Shown: positions 40,452 through 48,838 of the stretch, in pieces
Layout: the number at the start of each line of letters is the position of its first letter
How positions within the stretch are numbered: the stretch's first letter is position 1
Assembly: GCA_013349585.1 (NCBI GenBank)
Contig: DUZG01000001.1
Coordinates: 3,499-67,498 of the forward strand
DNA: 64,000 nucleotides
Reading direction: 5' to 3'
DNA from: Nitrospinota bacterium
Lineage (GTDB): Bacteria; Nitrospinota; Nitrospinia; Nitrospinales; VA-1
Position numbers and translations under genes: made by a program
Notes under the pieces: model-generated
The model's input: only the letters and a program-made list of their open reading frames with translations
The model's database searches: none
Told to the model about the DNA's origin: nothing

Positions 40452-41264
40452 TTACCTTTTGGACACGTTTCTTAGTACGGTAACAAAAATGGATAGAAAC
40501 ATTTTGAAAATATAATAAATGGTTTTGTGACCATGGTGCATGGACTCTTTGTCAGGACTAGCATGCATGGTAACGGGAATTTCTTTGACTTTCAAGCCAT
40601 GACGATGCATCAGGATAATAAAGTCAGCATCAGGATAGTCAGGGGGATAATGATCGCTTGCGGCAAAATGGATAGCTCTACCTTTAAGAGCTTGAAATCC
40701 TGAAGTCGGGTCAGTTACTTTCTGGCCACAAATTATAGAGGCGATCTTAGCAAAAATAAAAATACCTGCACGTCTGGCAAAGGATGATTTATAAGAACCG
40801 CTCTCTAGAAACCGAGAACCGATCACAACATCCACCCCGTCCTTTTGTACTTCTTCGATGAGGTTTTTTACACTTTTAGGGTCGTGTTGTCCATCGGAGT
40901 CCATCTGGATAACAATGGCAAAATTTTTTCGGGCGGCAAATATGAACCCTGTTTGCAGTGCCACTCCATAGCCTGAATTATAGGGTAGGGAAATGACATT
41001 AGCACCGTGGCTGCGGGCAACGCTTTCGGTAGTGTCCGAGGAGCCATCATTAATAACCAGAATGGGAATTCCCGGGACTTTTTGCTGGATCATTTCCAGA
41101 ACAGCGCCTATATTTTTTTCTTCGTTATAAGCGGGAATGATTATTAAGGTTTTGGGATAGCTTTTCAAGGGTTTCTTGATGAAAGTGTTTTCAAATTCAT
41201 CATTTTCCAGGATAACGGTTTGCTTCAATGATGATTGTGGTACCTGATAACTGAGTACTTTCAT
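40452..41264 (-). CDS. Family 2 glycosyltransferase
   Basis: Motifs: LIIIPAYNEE, VINDGSSDTT, QMDSDGQHDP (DxD), PTSGFQAL. Confidence 0.8.
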   Translation of the reverse strand: MKVLSYQVPQSSLKQTVILENDEFENTFIKKPLKSYPKTLIIIPAYNEEKNIGAVLEMIQQKVPGIPILVINDGSSDTTESVARSHGANVISLPYNSGYGVALQTGFIFAARKNFAIVIQMDSDGQHDPKSVKNLIEEVQKDGVDVVIGSRFLESGSYKSSFARRAGIFIFAKIASIICGQKVTDPTSGFQALKGRAIHFAASDHYPPDYPDADFIILMHRHGLKVKEIPVTMHASPDKESMHHGHKTIYYIFKMFLSIFVTVLRNVSKR

Positions 41265-41534
41265 TCAAACAGGATCTTTCAATTCTAAAGCATTAAAAAT
41301 CACTTTAAAGAGGTATCAAAATTTTTAAACCAAAATTGTATCCTAAGTTTAAAATTTATGATTTGAGATAAGGCGAATATTTAAATTTTTGGAGCTACAG
41401 GTAATAAAACGGTATTTGTTTGAATAAACTTGACCCTTAATCGAAACCTATTGTATAGGAAATATAAGCTATTGTAAATAATAGGGTTATAGCTCGAATG
41501 GAAGCCCGGCGTGGATTTTTATAAATTGAGTACA

Positions 41535-41788
41535 GGTTTTGCAAATTTGCAAGACGAAATGCTTCTCGTACACGGGCTGTCATTACCTTCATAATGGCAT
41601 TAAGACTGTCCTAAGTGAACTGAAGCACTCTTGAGTTAAAAGCGGACCTTACTTCTACTCAAAAATTTAACCGTTGTAGAGCGGGAATTGTCATCGATCA
41701 GCTCCATTTTCCAAAAGAAATCAGACTTTCCTAGAATTCGGACGAGAATCCTTTTTCTATAGTCATTTTCCGTGATGGCTACCTTTCT
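41535..41788 (-). pseudogene. Truncated, frameshifted paralogue of the adjacent cNMP-binding gene
   Basis: Minus-strand VAITENDYRKRILVRILGKSDFFWKMELIDDNSRSTTVKFLSRSKV aligns with VGIIENTLEGQKLIKRLNENEIFGEMGLIHGRPRSATARALEDSVV of the intact copy. After a stop and a frame change, LNAIMKVMTARVREAFRLANLQN aligns with LPILKVLTSRLRETMKGTSQN. The N-terminal ~30 codons and a start codon are missing. Confidence 0.55.
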
Positions 41789-41795
41789 AATTTAC

Positions 41796-42161
41796 TCACC
41801 ACCTGTTGAACCTATTTTGTGAGGTACCCTTCATTGTTTCTCGCAAACGGCTGGTTAAAACTTTTAATATTGGCAGTAAGACTTCCGGTTTTTCTTTGGA
41901 AAGCTTGTCAAAATTAATTTGAGTCATTCTAAATACAACTGAATCTTCAAGCGCTCGGGCTGTTGCGGAACGAGGCCTCCCATGGATCAAACCCATTTCG
42001 CCAAAAATTTCATTTTCATTTAACCGCTTAATTAGCTTCTGACCTTCAAGAGTGTTTTCTATTATCCCAACGGATCCGGAAATAATGATAAATGCGCAAT
42101 CACTGGGGTTACCCTGACTAAACACGGTTTCGCCTTTTGTTAAATTTCTCCTGTGATTCAT
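41796..42161 (-). CDS. Stand-alone cyclic-nucleotide-binding domain protein
   Basis: Motif FGEMGLIHGRPRSATARA, with the beta-roll context GETVFSQGNPSDCAFIIISGSV. No DNA-binding or other effector domain is present. I prefer ATG 42161. Confidence 0.75.
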   Translation of the reverse strand: MNHRRNLTKGETVFSQGNPSDCAFIIISGSVGIIENTLEGQKLIKRLNENEIFGEMGLIHGRPRSATARALEDSVVFRMTQINFDKLSKEKPEVLLPILKVLTSRLRETMKGTSQNRFNRW

Positions 42162-42179
42162 CTTAGTCACCAATAAATT

Positions 42180-42400
42180 GTTTTAATTTTGTACTTATTA
42201 GTGATACAAGCAAAATTTAAGCCAATTATAATAAAAAAGTTAAAATAACAGCGTAATACTGTTCAAAAAGCGTATTCATAGATAAATATTAAATCTTAAT
42301 TTGTATTAATATATTTAAATGTAATTAAATAGTAAAAATATAATTTATATGTATTAATTTTTATAAATTTTTATTTTTGTGAGAAGCAGATTAGATTTGT
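42180..42400. other. Extremely AT-rich intergenic tract
   Basis: By eye G+C is under ~20% (e.g. taaatcttaatttgtattaatatatttaaatgtaattaaatagtaaaaatataatttatatgtattaatttttataaattttta). It lies upstream of the cNMP-binding gene. Confidence 0.8.
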
Positions 42401-42560
42401 TTGATTCTAGTGATAATCAGATTGAGTCTGCTAAAGTTATTTTTATTAAAATAGAGGAAAATGTGAGTTAAGGAGGGATACTATTGATTTTTTAATTCCT
42501 CTTTTAACGGTCTGATAGATTCAATTTTACCTTTGAGGAGGATATTTCGAAACTCACTGT

Positions 42561-43392
42561 TTATTTTTTAGAGGAGTTCCGACGAAAGAAGGGGGTTTGT
42601 TTAACCTTAATACGGTTTTTTGATCTCACATTGTGCTGAGAGTGAAAGATACGATTAAACGATTTTATATGATTCAGAGCTTCTTCAGCGTTAGGGGTTC
42701 TTTTTATAAGTAGGCGGTCTTCAGTAGATGCAAAGCCGTTTTCTAGCAAAAGAGAGTCCAGTAAATCGAGACAACCATCGAAATAATCATCCTCCTTATG
42801 GTCGAGCAAGGCAATGGATCTGGCATGCACTTTCCCGTTTGGAATAAGGTCAGGTTTTTAAAGCCTTCGTCTATAGTGCCCAATCCAGCTGGAATAATTA
42901 CTGTGGAGTGCGACTCTTTTATAAATACCAGTTTTGAGTAAAAAAATATTTTAACTACATGAGGTTAGCAGAATCGTAAATAAAAGAGTTTGTCGCTTGT
43001 TCGTGAGGTAGTTTTATATTCAATCCGAAACTATTGTCGACAAAGGCTCCACGGTTCGCGGCTTTCATAATTCCTCCACCTGCGCCGGAGTTAATCATGA
43101 AGCCATTTTCAACGAGGCTTTTCGCCAACTCGTAATTAAGGTCTGATTCAACAACTCTGACCGAGCTAAATAAGGCTACTTCCCGTATTTCTCGATAAGG
43201 TTTGAAAATTTTAAATGAAGATCTCAGTTCCTTAAGGGCTTGATTAATGAGTTTATAGTCCCCTCGATCATTATGTTCTATCCCCCCCATTAGCAAAAGA
43301 GTGATTAGAATTTCTTCGAATAGAGACTCGTCACCACAATTTTTGGGAAGCTTACGGATAAATGCCGGGATATCCTGGGGAGATGGGGTCAT
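42561..43392 (-). pseudogene. LOG-family (TIGR00730, cytokinin riboside 5'-monophosphate phosphoribohydrolase-like) gene with two frameshifts
   Basis: Fragment 1 (42955-43392) has INSGAGGGIMKAANRGA and LPHEQATN. The middle piece is in another frame: KIFFYSKLVFIKESHSTVIIPAGLGTIDEGFKNLTLFQTGK (PGGxGTxDE / QT.K motifs). Fragment 3 (42561-42830) carries the C-terminal part in a third frame. Confidence 0.7.
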
Positions 43393-43509
43393 TTTTATTA
43401 AAATTCATTATATGAGCAAATATTTTCAAAGTCTCAATTAAGTTGCTACAATCACTCTAGAAAACTTGTCCCGCACATATGGGGGCTTAATTTGTAAAGG
43501 ATTTCAATT

Positions 43510-43707
43510 ATGAATGATAAAGTATTAATCATTTCCATATTAAGCCTGCTGGGAATCGGCTTTGTTGCTGTACTTTTTGTTGCCGTGCCGTGGCTTATAA
43601 ATTACGCATTGCCCGACTGGGAAAATACTTTATTGGATAGTGGGATCGTAATGGTTGCCATAGTTCTTTTTGTATATGGCTTCTATATGAATACTCGAAT
43701 GCATTAG
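43510..43707 (+). CDS. Small two-TM membrane protein, paralogue 1 (65 aa)
   Basis: AAAGGA RBS 8 nt upstream. Two hydrophobic helices separated by PW...PDW. Confidence 0.55.
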   Translation: MNDKVLIISILSLLGIGFVAVLFVAVPWLINYALPDWENTLLDSGIVMVAIVLFVYGFYMNTRMH

Positions 43708-43716
43708 AGTATCCAT

Positions 43717-43914
43717 ATGGATGAAAAAAAACTGATAATAATTCTGACAAGCCTACTGATATTGGGCTTTCTATCCCTGTTTATCATAATAATTCCTTGG
43801 GCCAATTGGAGCCGTATTCCAGATTGGAAAGCAATAGCAACTGACAACCTCTTAATGAGTCTCATCGCCGCAGCCATTGGTTACGGGATCTATATAGGTT
43901 CCAAGACTATGTAG
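43717..43914 (+). CDS. Small two-TM membrane protein, paralogue 2 (65 aa)
   Basis: Same length as the neighbour, with 19 of 65 identical residues by my alignment. Shared landmarks are K4, LII, SLL, GF, PW, PDW, D, YG.Y. The spacer between the two genes is 9 nt. Confidence 0.55.
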   Translation: MDEKKLIIILTSLLILGFLSLFIIIIPWANWSRIPDWKAIATDNLLMSLIAAAIGYGIYIGSKTM

Positions 43915-43915
43915 C

Positions 43916-44695
43916 CTATATTTTTCTCATTTTAAGAATAACCAGAGCAAAAATCCCTAAAGAAATTAAAGTCCCCGAAGCGCCAAGCAGAAACTCTCCT
44001 ATATAAAAAGTAACGCCAAGGTTAAAAACCAATACCCCAAAATATAAGCCAGGTCCCAAAAGAGCCTGTCCCGGTATTTGCTTTGTTCGGGCAGGGGTTT
44101 TGCGATCTATCCAGGAATTTAAAGCTGCAAAGCAAGTGAGGGTTGCAGCCGCTACAAAAACCCAACCGGCAAAATTGGTTAAAGGGATGTGGAAATATTC
44201 TCCCGGTTCAATATAGAAATAAATTTTACCAAGAAACCATCGATCTCCCAGGAATGCGATAGGATCAATAATAACGTCCATCAACATACACAGAACGGAT
44301 GCCGAAGCGATCACTTTAAAAGAATGTTTGATGGGGGTGATATCGCCTAGACGGATGTCCCATGCCTTTTTATCTAGAGGTGCCCACAAGAACAGACTCA
44401 ACGTATAACTCACATAAATGAGAAATGAAAAAGAAAGCGAGTCCATAAAAGGCACATTGCTGATCCACAGTTCCTGTTCTCGAGTTGTGTCGATATAAGT
44501 GTAAAATCCAAAAGGGAAACCATTTCTTGTGGAAGAATATTCACAGATAAATGCGACAGTGTAAGCCAGAACTGTGAATAGCAAGGAGCGCAACACGCCC
44601 ATATTTAAAATGGCAATTGTCAGGAATACAGCTAGAAAAACGAAAACATAAGGGCGAAGTAATACCGTGCCCCAAAGCAGAGAAAGAGTTTCCAT
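43916..44695 (-). CDS. Carotenoid-biosynthesis-protein-like (PF04240/DUF422) integral membrane protein
   Basis: About 7 TM helices. The motif TRNGFPFGFYTY resembles the PF04240 signature as I recall it. It is probably co-transcribed with the hpnA-like gene (3-nt gap). Confidence 0.5.
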   Translation of the reverse strand: METLSLLWGTVLLRPYVFVFLAVFLTIAILNMGVLRSLLFTVLAYTVAFICEYSSTRNGFPFGFYTYIDTTREQELWISNVPFMDSLSFSFLIYVSYTLSLFLWAPLDKKAWDIRLGDITPIKHSFKVIASASVLCMLMDVIIDPIAFLGDRWFLGKIYFYIEPGEYFHIPLTNFAGWVFVAAATLTCFAALNSWIDRKTPARTKQIPGQALLGPGLYFGVLVFNLGVTFYIGEFLLGASGTLISLGIFALVILKMRKI

Positions 44696-44698
44696 GAA

Positions 44699-45682
44699 TT
44701 AGCGGTGGTTTTCTTGGAACCATTGAACAGACTGGCTCAATGCGTTTTCGACCGGGTTTTGTGGCAGTCCCAATTCGCGGATAGCTTTGGATGAATCAAA
44801 ATACATAAAGTATTTGGCCATCTTCACCCCTGCAAGAGGTACAGCGGGTGGCTTTTGAGTGATTAGGTTAGACATAGCCTCACAGGCCAGACCGGCCGTA
44901 TAAGCCACCCAATAGGGCATCTTGATAGATGGCGCCGGGATGCCTGTTATCTTTTCCAATGCTAGAAGAATTTCTTTTAAAGACATATTTTTGTTTCCAA
45001 GAATATATCGCTCACCGGGCTTGCCCTTTTCTTCGGCAAGAATATGGCCACGGGCGCAGTCGGATACATCGATTAGGTTCAGTCCCGTATCTAGATATGC
45101 GGGCATTTTACCATTTAAAAAATCCACAACAATTTTTCCGGTAGGAGTTGGTTTGATATCACGAGGTCCGACAGGTGTGCTGGGGTTGACAATGATAACA
45201 GGAAGTCCTCTGCCCTGTATTTCAAGTGCGATTTTTTCTGCCTGAAATTTAGATGTTTTGTAATCGTTGCTCAAGGTAGTAGGATCCATAGGCTGGTCTT
45301 CGTTGGCAGGTGTGCCATCGTTACGCAAGCCCATGCAGCCGACGGTGCTGGTATAGACAACTCGTTCCAGCCCAAGTTCCAAAGCCGTTTCAAGAATATT
45401 GCGAGTGCCCTCGACATTGATATCGTAAATGAGCTTTTTATCGCGATCCCATAAACTGTAATAGGCAGCTACATGGTAGAGGGTCGAGCACCCTGTCATG
45501 GCAGATTTTAAAGAGGAGCGATCACGGATATCGCCTTTCACCACTTCTACCTGCAAGCCTGAAGTATTACTCAGGTCTGAATCTTTTCGGACCAACAGCT
45601 TTATCTTTCGCCCGTCTTTAAGTAGTTCTCGTGCAACGGCTGAACCCAAAAAACCTGTGGCACCTGTAACTAAGGTGGTCAT
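44699..45682 (-). CDS. hpnA: Hopanoid-associated sugar epimerase-like NAD-dependent epimerase (dihydroflavonol-4-reductase family)
   Basis: Motifs: TLVTGATGFLGSAVAREL, LYHVAAYYSLW, NVEGTRN, VYTSTVG, YKTSKFQAE (YxxxK). The overall pattern matches HpnA/TIGR03466 as I recall it. Confidence 0.65.
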   Translation of the reverse strand: MTTLVTGATGFLGSAVARELLKDGRKIKLLVRKDSDLSNTSGLQVEVVKGDIRDRSSLKSAMTGCSTLYHVAAYYSLWDRDKKLIYDINVEGTRNILETALELGLERVVYTSTVGCMGLRNDGTPANEDQPMDPTTLSNDYKTSKFQAEKIALEIQGRGLPVIIVNPSTPVGPRDIKPTPTGKIVVDFLNGKMPAYLDTGLNLIDVSDCARGHILAEEKGKPGERYILGNKNMSLKEILLALEKITGIPAPSIKMPYWVAYTAGLACEAMSNLITQKPPAVPLAGVKMAKYFMYFDSSKAIRELGLPQNPVENALSQSVQWFQENHR

Positions 45683-45838
45683 AATTTTTTTAGAGGAGAA
45701 GATTGAAAAAACATTTTATCCCTATCATACTAATCTTCCTCTTTCAGCGGAGAAGAGGTTGTTCGGTTTACTACAACTCCCAGACTAGGGAGAGGGTTTT
45801 GGTGAGGGGAATTTGATAATGCCGTCAATAATGTTTGA

Positions 45839-46864
45839 TTAGATAAAAATTTCTATTTTGGCTGTTTTTTCTAGATCGACTACATATTCTTTGAACAGTT
45901 TTTTTGTTTCCCTTTTCATTAATACATTCAAAATGTCGCTTTGTGCTTCTTTAAAAGGGATCAATACACTTGGAACAATTTCGTCCAGCTTCAAGATATG
46001 GTGTCCAAACGAGCTACTGACGATGTTACTGGTTTCTCCTTCATTTAGTTTTACCATAGATTCTGCGATTTCGGGGATCGTGCTTCCTGGATGCAAATCT
46101 CCCAACATTCCACCCTTTTGCTTTGAAACCTCATCTTCTGAGAACTCTTTCGCGAGTTGTTCAAAATTATCTCCAGTCTTAACTTTTTGCAATACTTCTT
46201 CTGCTTTGGCTTTAGCTTCTTCATTGATCATTCGGGTCATGTGCAGGGCTTTTTTATGACTGGCTTCATCGGCGGATTTTTGGGGAGATGGAATTGTGGA
46301 AATAAGAATATGTCTTATTCGGTACAATGCAGGTTTCATAAATTGAGATTTATTGGTGTTGTAGAAATTTTTGACAGTATCATCTTTTAATTTTACCTTT
46401 GGAGCTATTTCATGGCGAATCAATTCGTCTTCCAAGAGGGTACTTTCAATCTTTTTTTTGAGAGACTTTATATTCATACGTTGAAAAGCTAGTGCCGTGA
46501 TGAATGCGGTATGATTAGGAAACTTGTCTTCAATACCTTGAATTTGCGAGTCAATTTGCTCAGGTGATATTTCGATATCGAGGGATTTTGCTTTCTGAGT
46601 GATTATTTCCTTCATGATCTCTGATTTAAGAACTTCACGGGCTATTATAGGTTCTTCCGAGGGAGAAATTTTTTCCCCTTGAAACTGGGCACGCAATTTA
46701 AAAGAGATGAATTCGCTTTCCAATTGGATGGAGTATATTGAGACTCCATTGACTTTGGCAACAATAGTAGGGACAGGTTTTCCATCTAATTTAAAGACAT
46801 CAGGTTCTGCCTCAACCAGACAGGGGATAAGAAATAACAATAAGGTTAGTAATTTATATTTCAT
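45839..46864 (-). CDS. SurA-like periplasmic chaperone / parvulin-type PPIase
   Basis: Signal peptide MKYKLLTLLLFLIPCLVEA, a SurA-N-like helical region, then a parvulin domain (YRIRHILI...KQKGGMLGDLHPG...SSSFGHHILKLDE). The start at ATG 46864 avoids running through the porin terminator. Confidence 0.75.
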   Translation of the reverse strand: MKYKLLTLLLFLIPCLVEAEPDVFKLDGKPVPTIVAKVNGVSIYSIQLESEFISFKLRAQFQGEKISPSEEPIIAREVLKSEIMKEIITQKAKSLDIEISPEQIDSQIQGIEDKFPNHTAFITALAFQRMNIKSLKKKIESTLLEDELIRHEIAPKVKLKDDTVKNFYNTNKSQFMKPALYRIRHILISTIPSPQKSADEASHKKALHMTRMINEEAKAKAEEVLQKVKTGDNFEQLAKEFSEDEVSKQKGGMLGDLHPGSTIPEIAESMVKLNEGETSNIVSSSFGHHILKLDEIVPSVLIPFKEAQSDILNVLMKRETKKLFKEYVVDLEKTAKIEIFI

Positions 46865-46958
46865 AGTTGGTCTGGTATTTTTTAAGGAAGATAAAAGATA
46901 AGAACATTGAAAAGATATCATAATTCGGTTTCGGTTTACCAGCAAGTGCAGTGGAAAC

Positions 46959-46993
46959 AAAAAAAACCCCCCGACCCAAAAGGGCCGGAGGGT
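46959..46993 (-). terminator. Rho-independent terminator of the porin gene
   Basis: Minus-strand RNA reads ACCCUCCGGCCC-UUUU-GGGUCGGGGGGU, a 12-bp stem that includes two G-U pairs, followed by U8. It lies 17 nt past the stop at 47010. Confidence 0.75.
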
Positions 46994-47009
46994 TTTTGTA
47001 GAGACAAAA

Positions 47010-48461
47010 TTAGAACTTCACATCAAACTGAACGTAGGCCCAGTCTGCGTCATCAGTTCCTGAAAACGTGGAAGCGTTGGTGCGCAATTCAGCTCCATTT
47101 TTCAATGCAAAAAAGCTATTAGTTGCATCATAGTGTGAGTACCCGATCATTACCTTGGTATTAGCATTTATTTTAGTGACTGCAGTAATGTCAAGCTCAG
47201 TACCTAGGTCATTAGAGAGGGATTCCGATCCTGCAGCTGTTGCATTGGCGAAATTTCTCGTGGTTGTATTTGCAGCTATACTTTCAGCTGTCCAGAACCA
47301 ATGGTAGTCTGCTTTTAAGGTCCAACCTGGGATTGGGTTGACTTTCGTCTTTAATGCCAAATCCTGAAGGCCCAGACCCTGTGTTCCAGAACTACCACCT
47401 GAACCTATACCCAAGAATACATCCTGCAAGCCATAGAACTTATGACCCGTATCCCATAGTGTATTAAAACTGCTCCAATCACCATTCCTTTGATCTTCAT
47501 CGTTTGTTCCTGAAAGGTAATCATACCATACCGTAACGCCAGGTTTGAAGGAGACGTTGTTGAATGTCTTCCCTACACGTAAACCAAACATGTACGCTTC
47601 TCTATCAGCATCTGTAGCCAAGTTTGCCGCCGTTAGGGCTGTGTCTTTTTGACCGTTTCCATTACCCCACTGGTAATAAGCTTCCCCACGGTAATCTAAG
47701 CCAGCCAATTTACCTGCCTGACGACCACCCATAGTCCATATATCATTAGCCCTGGTTTGAGCAGCAGCTGCAGAAGAATTTGAATCCCAGTTTAAATAAC
47801 CAGAGAACTGACCTCCTAAAACACCCTTTACATTCAAGTGTGCCAGATAACTTTCTCTATCTGTAGAATCATTTGGATCATCTGTTCTGTCATTTTCTAC
47901 TGCGCTTATGTACGCTAAAAACAAACTAATATTATCATGTTTGTGGCTGAAACTGATTGCATCATGCGTCTGCATACCCGCTGTCCAGATTGTGTTACCG
48001 AACAGGCGCCAACCATCAAGCAAAATTTCCTGACGACCAATCTTTGCATCTAATGGCGCACCGAGGAAATTCTTTAAAGTGAAATAAGCCTGATGCACAC
48101 CAACAGAAGCGTCGGCATCATTTACAGTTCCGGATGCATTACCAGAACCTCCATTATTACCGGTAGCTACACCACCATTTGTTTGACCCCAAGTACGAAT
48201 GCTCTGCATTTGGATGAAAGCGGACGTGGTCTCGTTGACGTTTGCTGTTACCGCAAGTCGAGTTGAGGTGAAGATCGAATCATCGGGCTTATTCGCGAAT
48301 GAACGCCCTGCACCATCACCGGCACCAGCTCCTTGTTCGTTTGCTTCCCAGCGAGATCGAAGCTGCCCACTGAATGTAATGTCGGCTGCTTTAGCAATTT
48401 CTGTCGATACAAAGAATGCGGCGACGGCCATTGCGGCTACAGTCAATAAATTCTTTTTCAT
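47010..48461 (-). CDS. Outer-membrane beta-barrel porin (alginate-export/AlgE-like family candidate)
   Basis: Signal peptide MKKNLLTVAAMAVAAFFVSTEIAKA, alternating amphipathic strands, and a C-terminal aromatic residue (...YVQFDVKF). The N-terminal FSGQLRSRWE resembles Alginate_exp proteins. Confidence 0.7.
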   Translation of the reverse strand: MKKNLLTVAAMAVAAFFVSTEIAKAADITFSGQLRSRWEANEQGAGAGDGAGRSFANKPDDSIFTSTRLAVTANVNETTSAFIQMQSIRTWGQTNGGVATGNNGGSGNASGTVNDADASVGVHQAYFTLKNFLGAPLDAKIGRQEILLDGWRLFGNTIWTAGMQTHDAISFSHKHDNISLFLAYISAVENDRTDDPNDSTDRESYLAHLNVKGVLGGQFSGYLNWDSNSSAAAAQTRANDIWTMGGRQAGKLAGLDYRGEAYYQWGNGNGQKDTALTAANLATDADREAYMFGLRVGKTFNNVSFKPGVTVWYDYLSGTNDEDQRNGDWSSFNTLWDTGHKFYGLQDVFLGIGSGGSSGTQGLGLQDLALKTKVNPIPGWTLKADYHWFWTAESIAANTTTRNFANATAAGSESLSNDLGTELDITAVTKINANTKVMIGYSHYDATNSFFALKNGAELRTNASTFSGTDDADWAYVQFDVKF

Positions 48462-48530
48462 GCTTTTTCTCCTCCAAGTTTTGTTGATGACTAACTACTT
48501 TTTTGAAAACTGAATACTATTTTTAAATTT

Positions 48531-48597
48531 TAATACTTTTTAATACTTTTGAACTCTTTAATACTTTTTAATACTTTTGAACTCTTTTTGAACTCTT
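48531..48597. repeat. Perfect 2 x 28-bp tandem repeat plus a partial third copy, 70-136 bp upstream of the porin start
   Basis: TAATACTTTTTAATACTTTTGAACTCTT occurs at 48531-48558 and identically at 48559-48586, followed by TTT and GAACTCTT (48590-48597). Each unit contains TAATACTTTT twice at a 10-bp period. Confidence 0.9.
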
Positions 48598-48695
48598 TAA
48601 GTAAGTTATTGAAACCTTACGTAAGGTGATTATTCATGTGAGATTGCACTAAAACCAGTAGAAAAGATACCACTATACCAAATAGAAATCAAAGG

Positions 48696-48715
48696 TTTTT
48701 TGGCATTTTTTGGCA
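48696..48715. repeat. Perfect 2 x 10-bp tandem repeat TTTTTTGGCA
   Basis: Read directly at 48696-48705 and 48706-48715, in the same intergenic region. Confidence 0.9.
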
Positions 48716-48838
48716 TTTATTTGATTTTTACCTCATGCTTCTTGCTATTCGTACTAATCGATTTAGGGTAAATCCATTTTATCTAAGAATAAATAGTATA
48801 AGTTATTGAAAATAAAATTAATTTGGACTTGCAAAATT

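Noticed and set aside
41539-41552. Perfect palindrome TTGCAAATTTGCAA considered as a Crp/Fnr-type (5-4-5) binding site next to the cNMP-binding genes.
   Set aside because: It lies inside the coding remnant of the degraded paralogue (it encodes ...LANLQ...). The intact neighbour has no DNA-binding domain. The half-site does not match the FNR or CRP consensus.
48531-48597. CRISPR-like array.
   Set aside because: The units are directly abutting 28-mers with no spacers and only two full copies. No cas genes are present.
48696-48720. Sigma-54 promoter suggested by the repeated TGGCA (TTGGCATTTTTTGGCATT).
   Set aside because: The GG-to-GC spacing is one base short of the -24/-12 consensus. The element is on the plus strand, while both flanking genes are transcribed on the minus strand.
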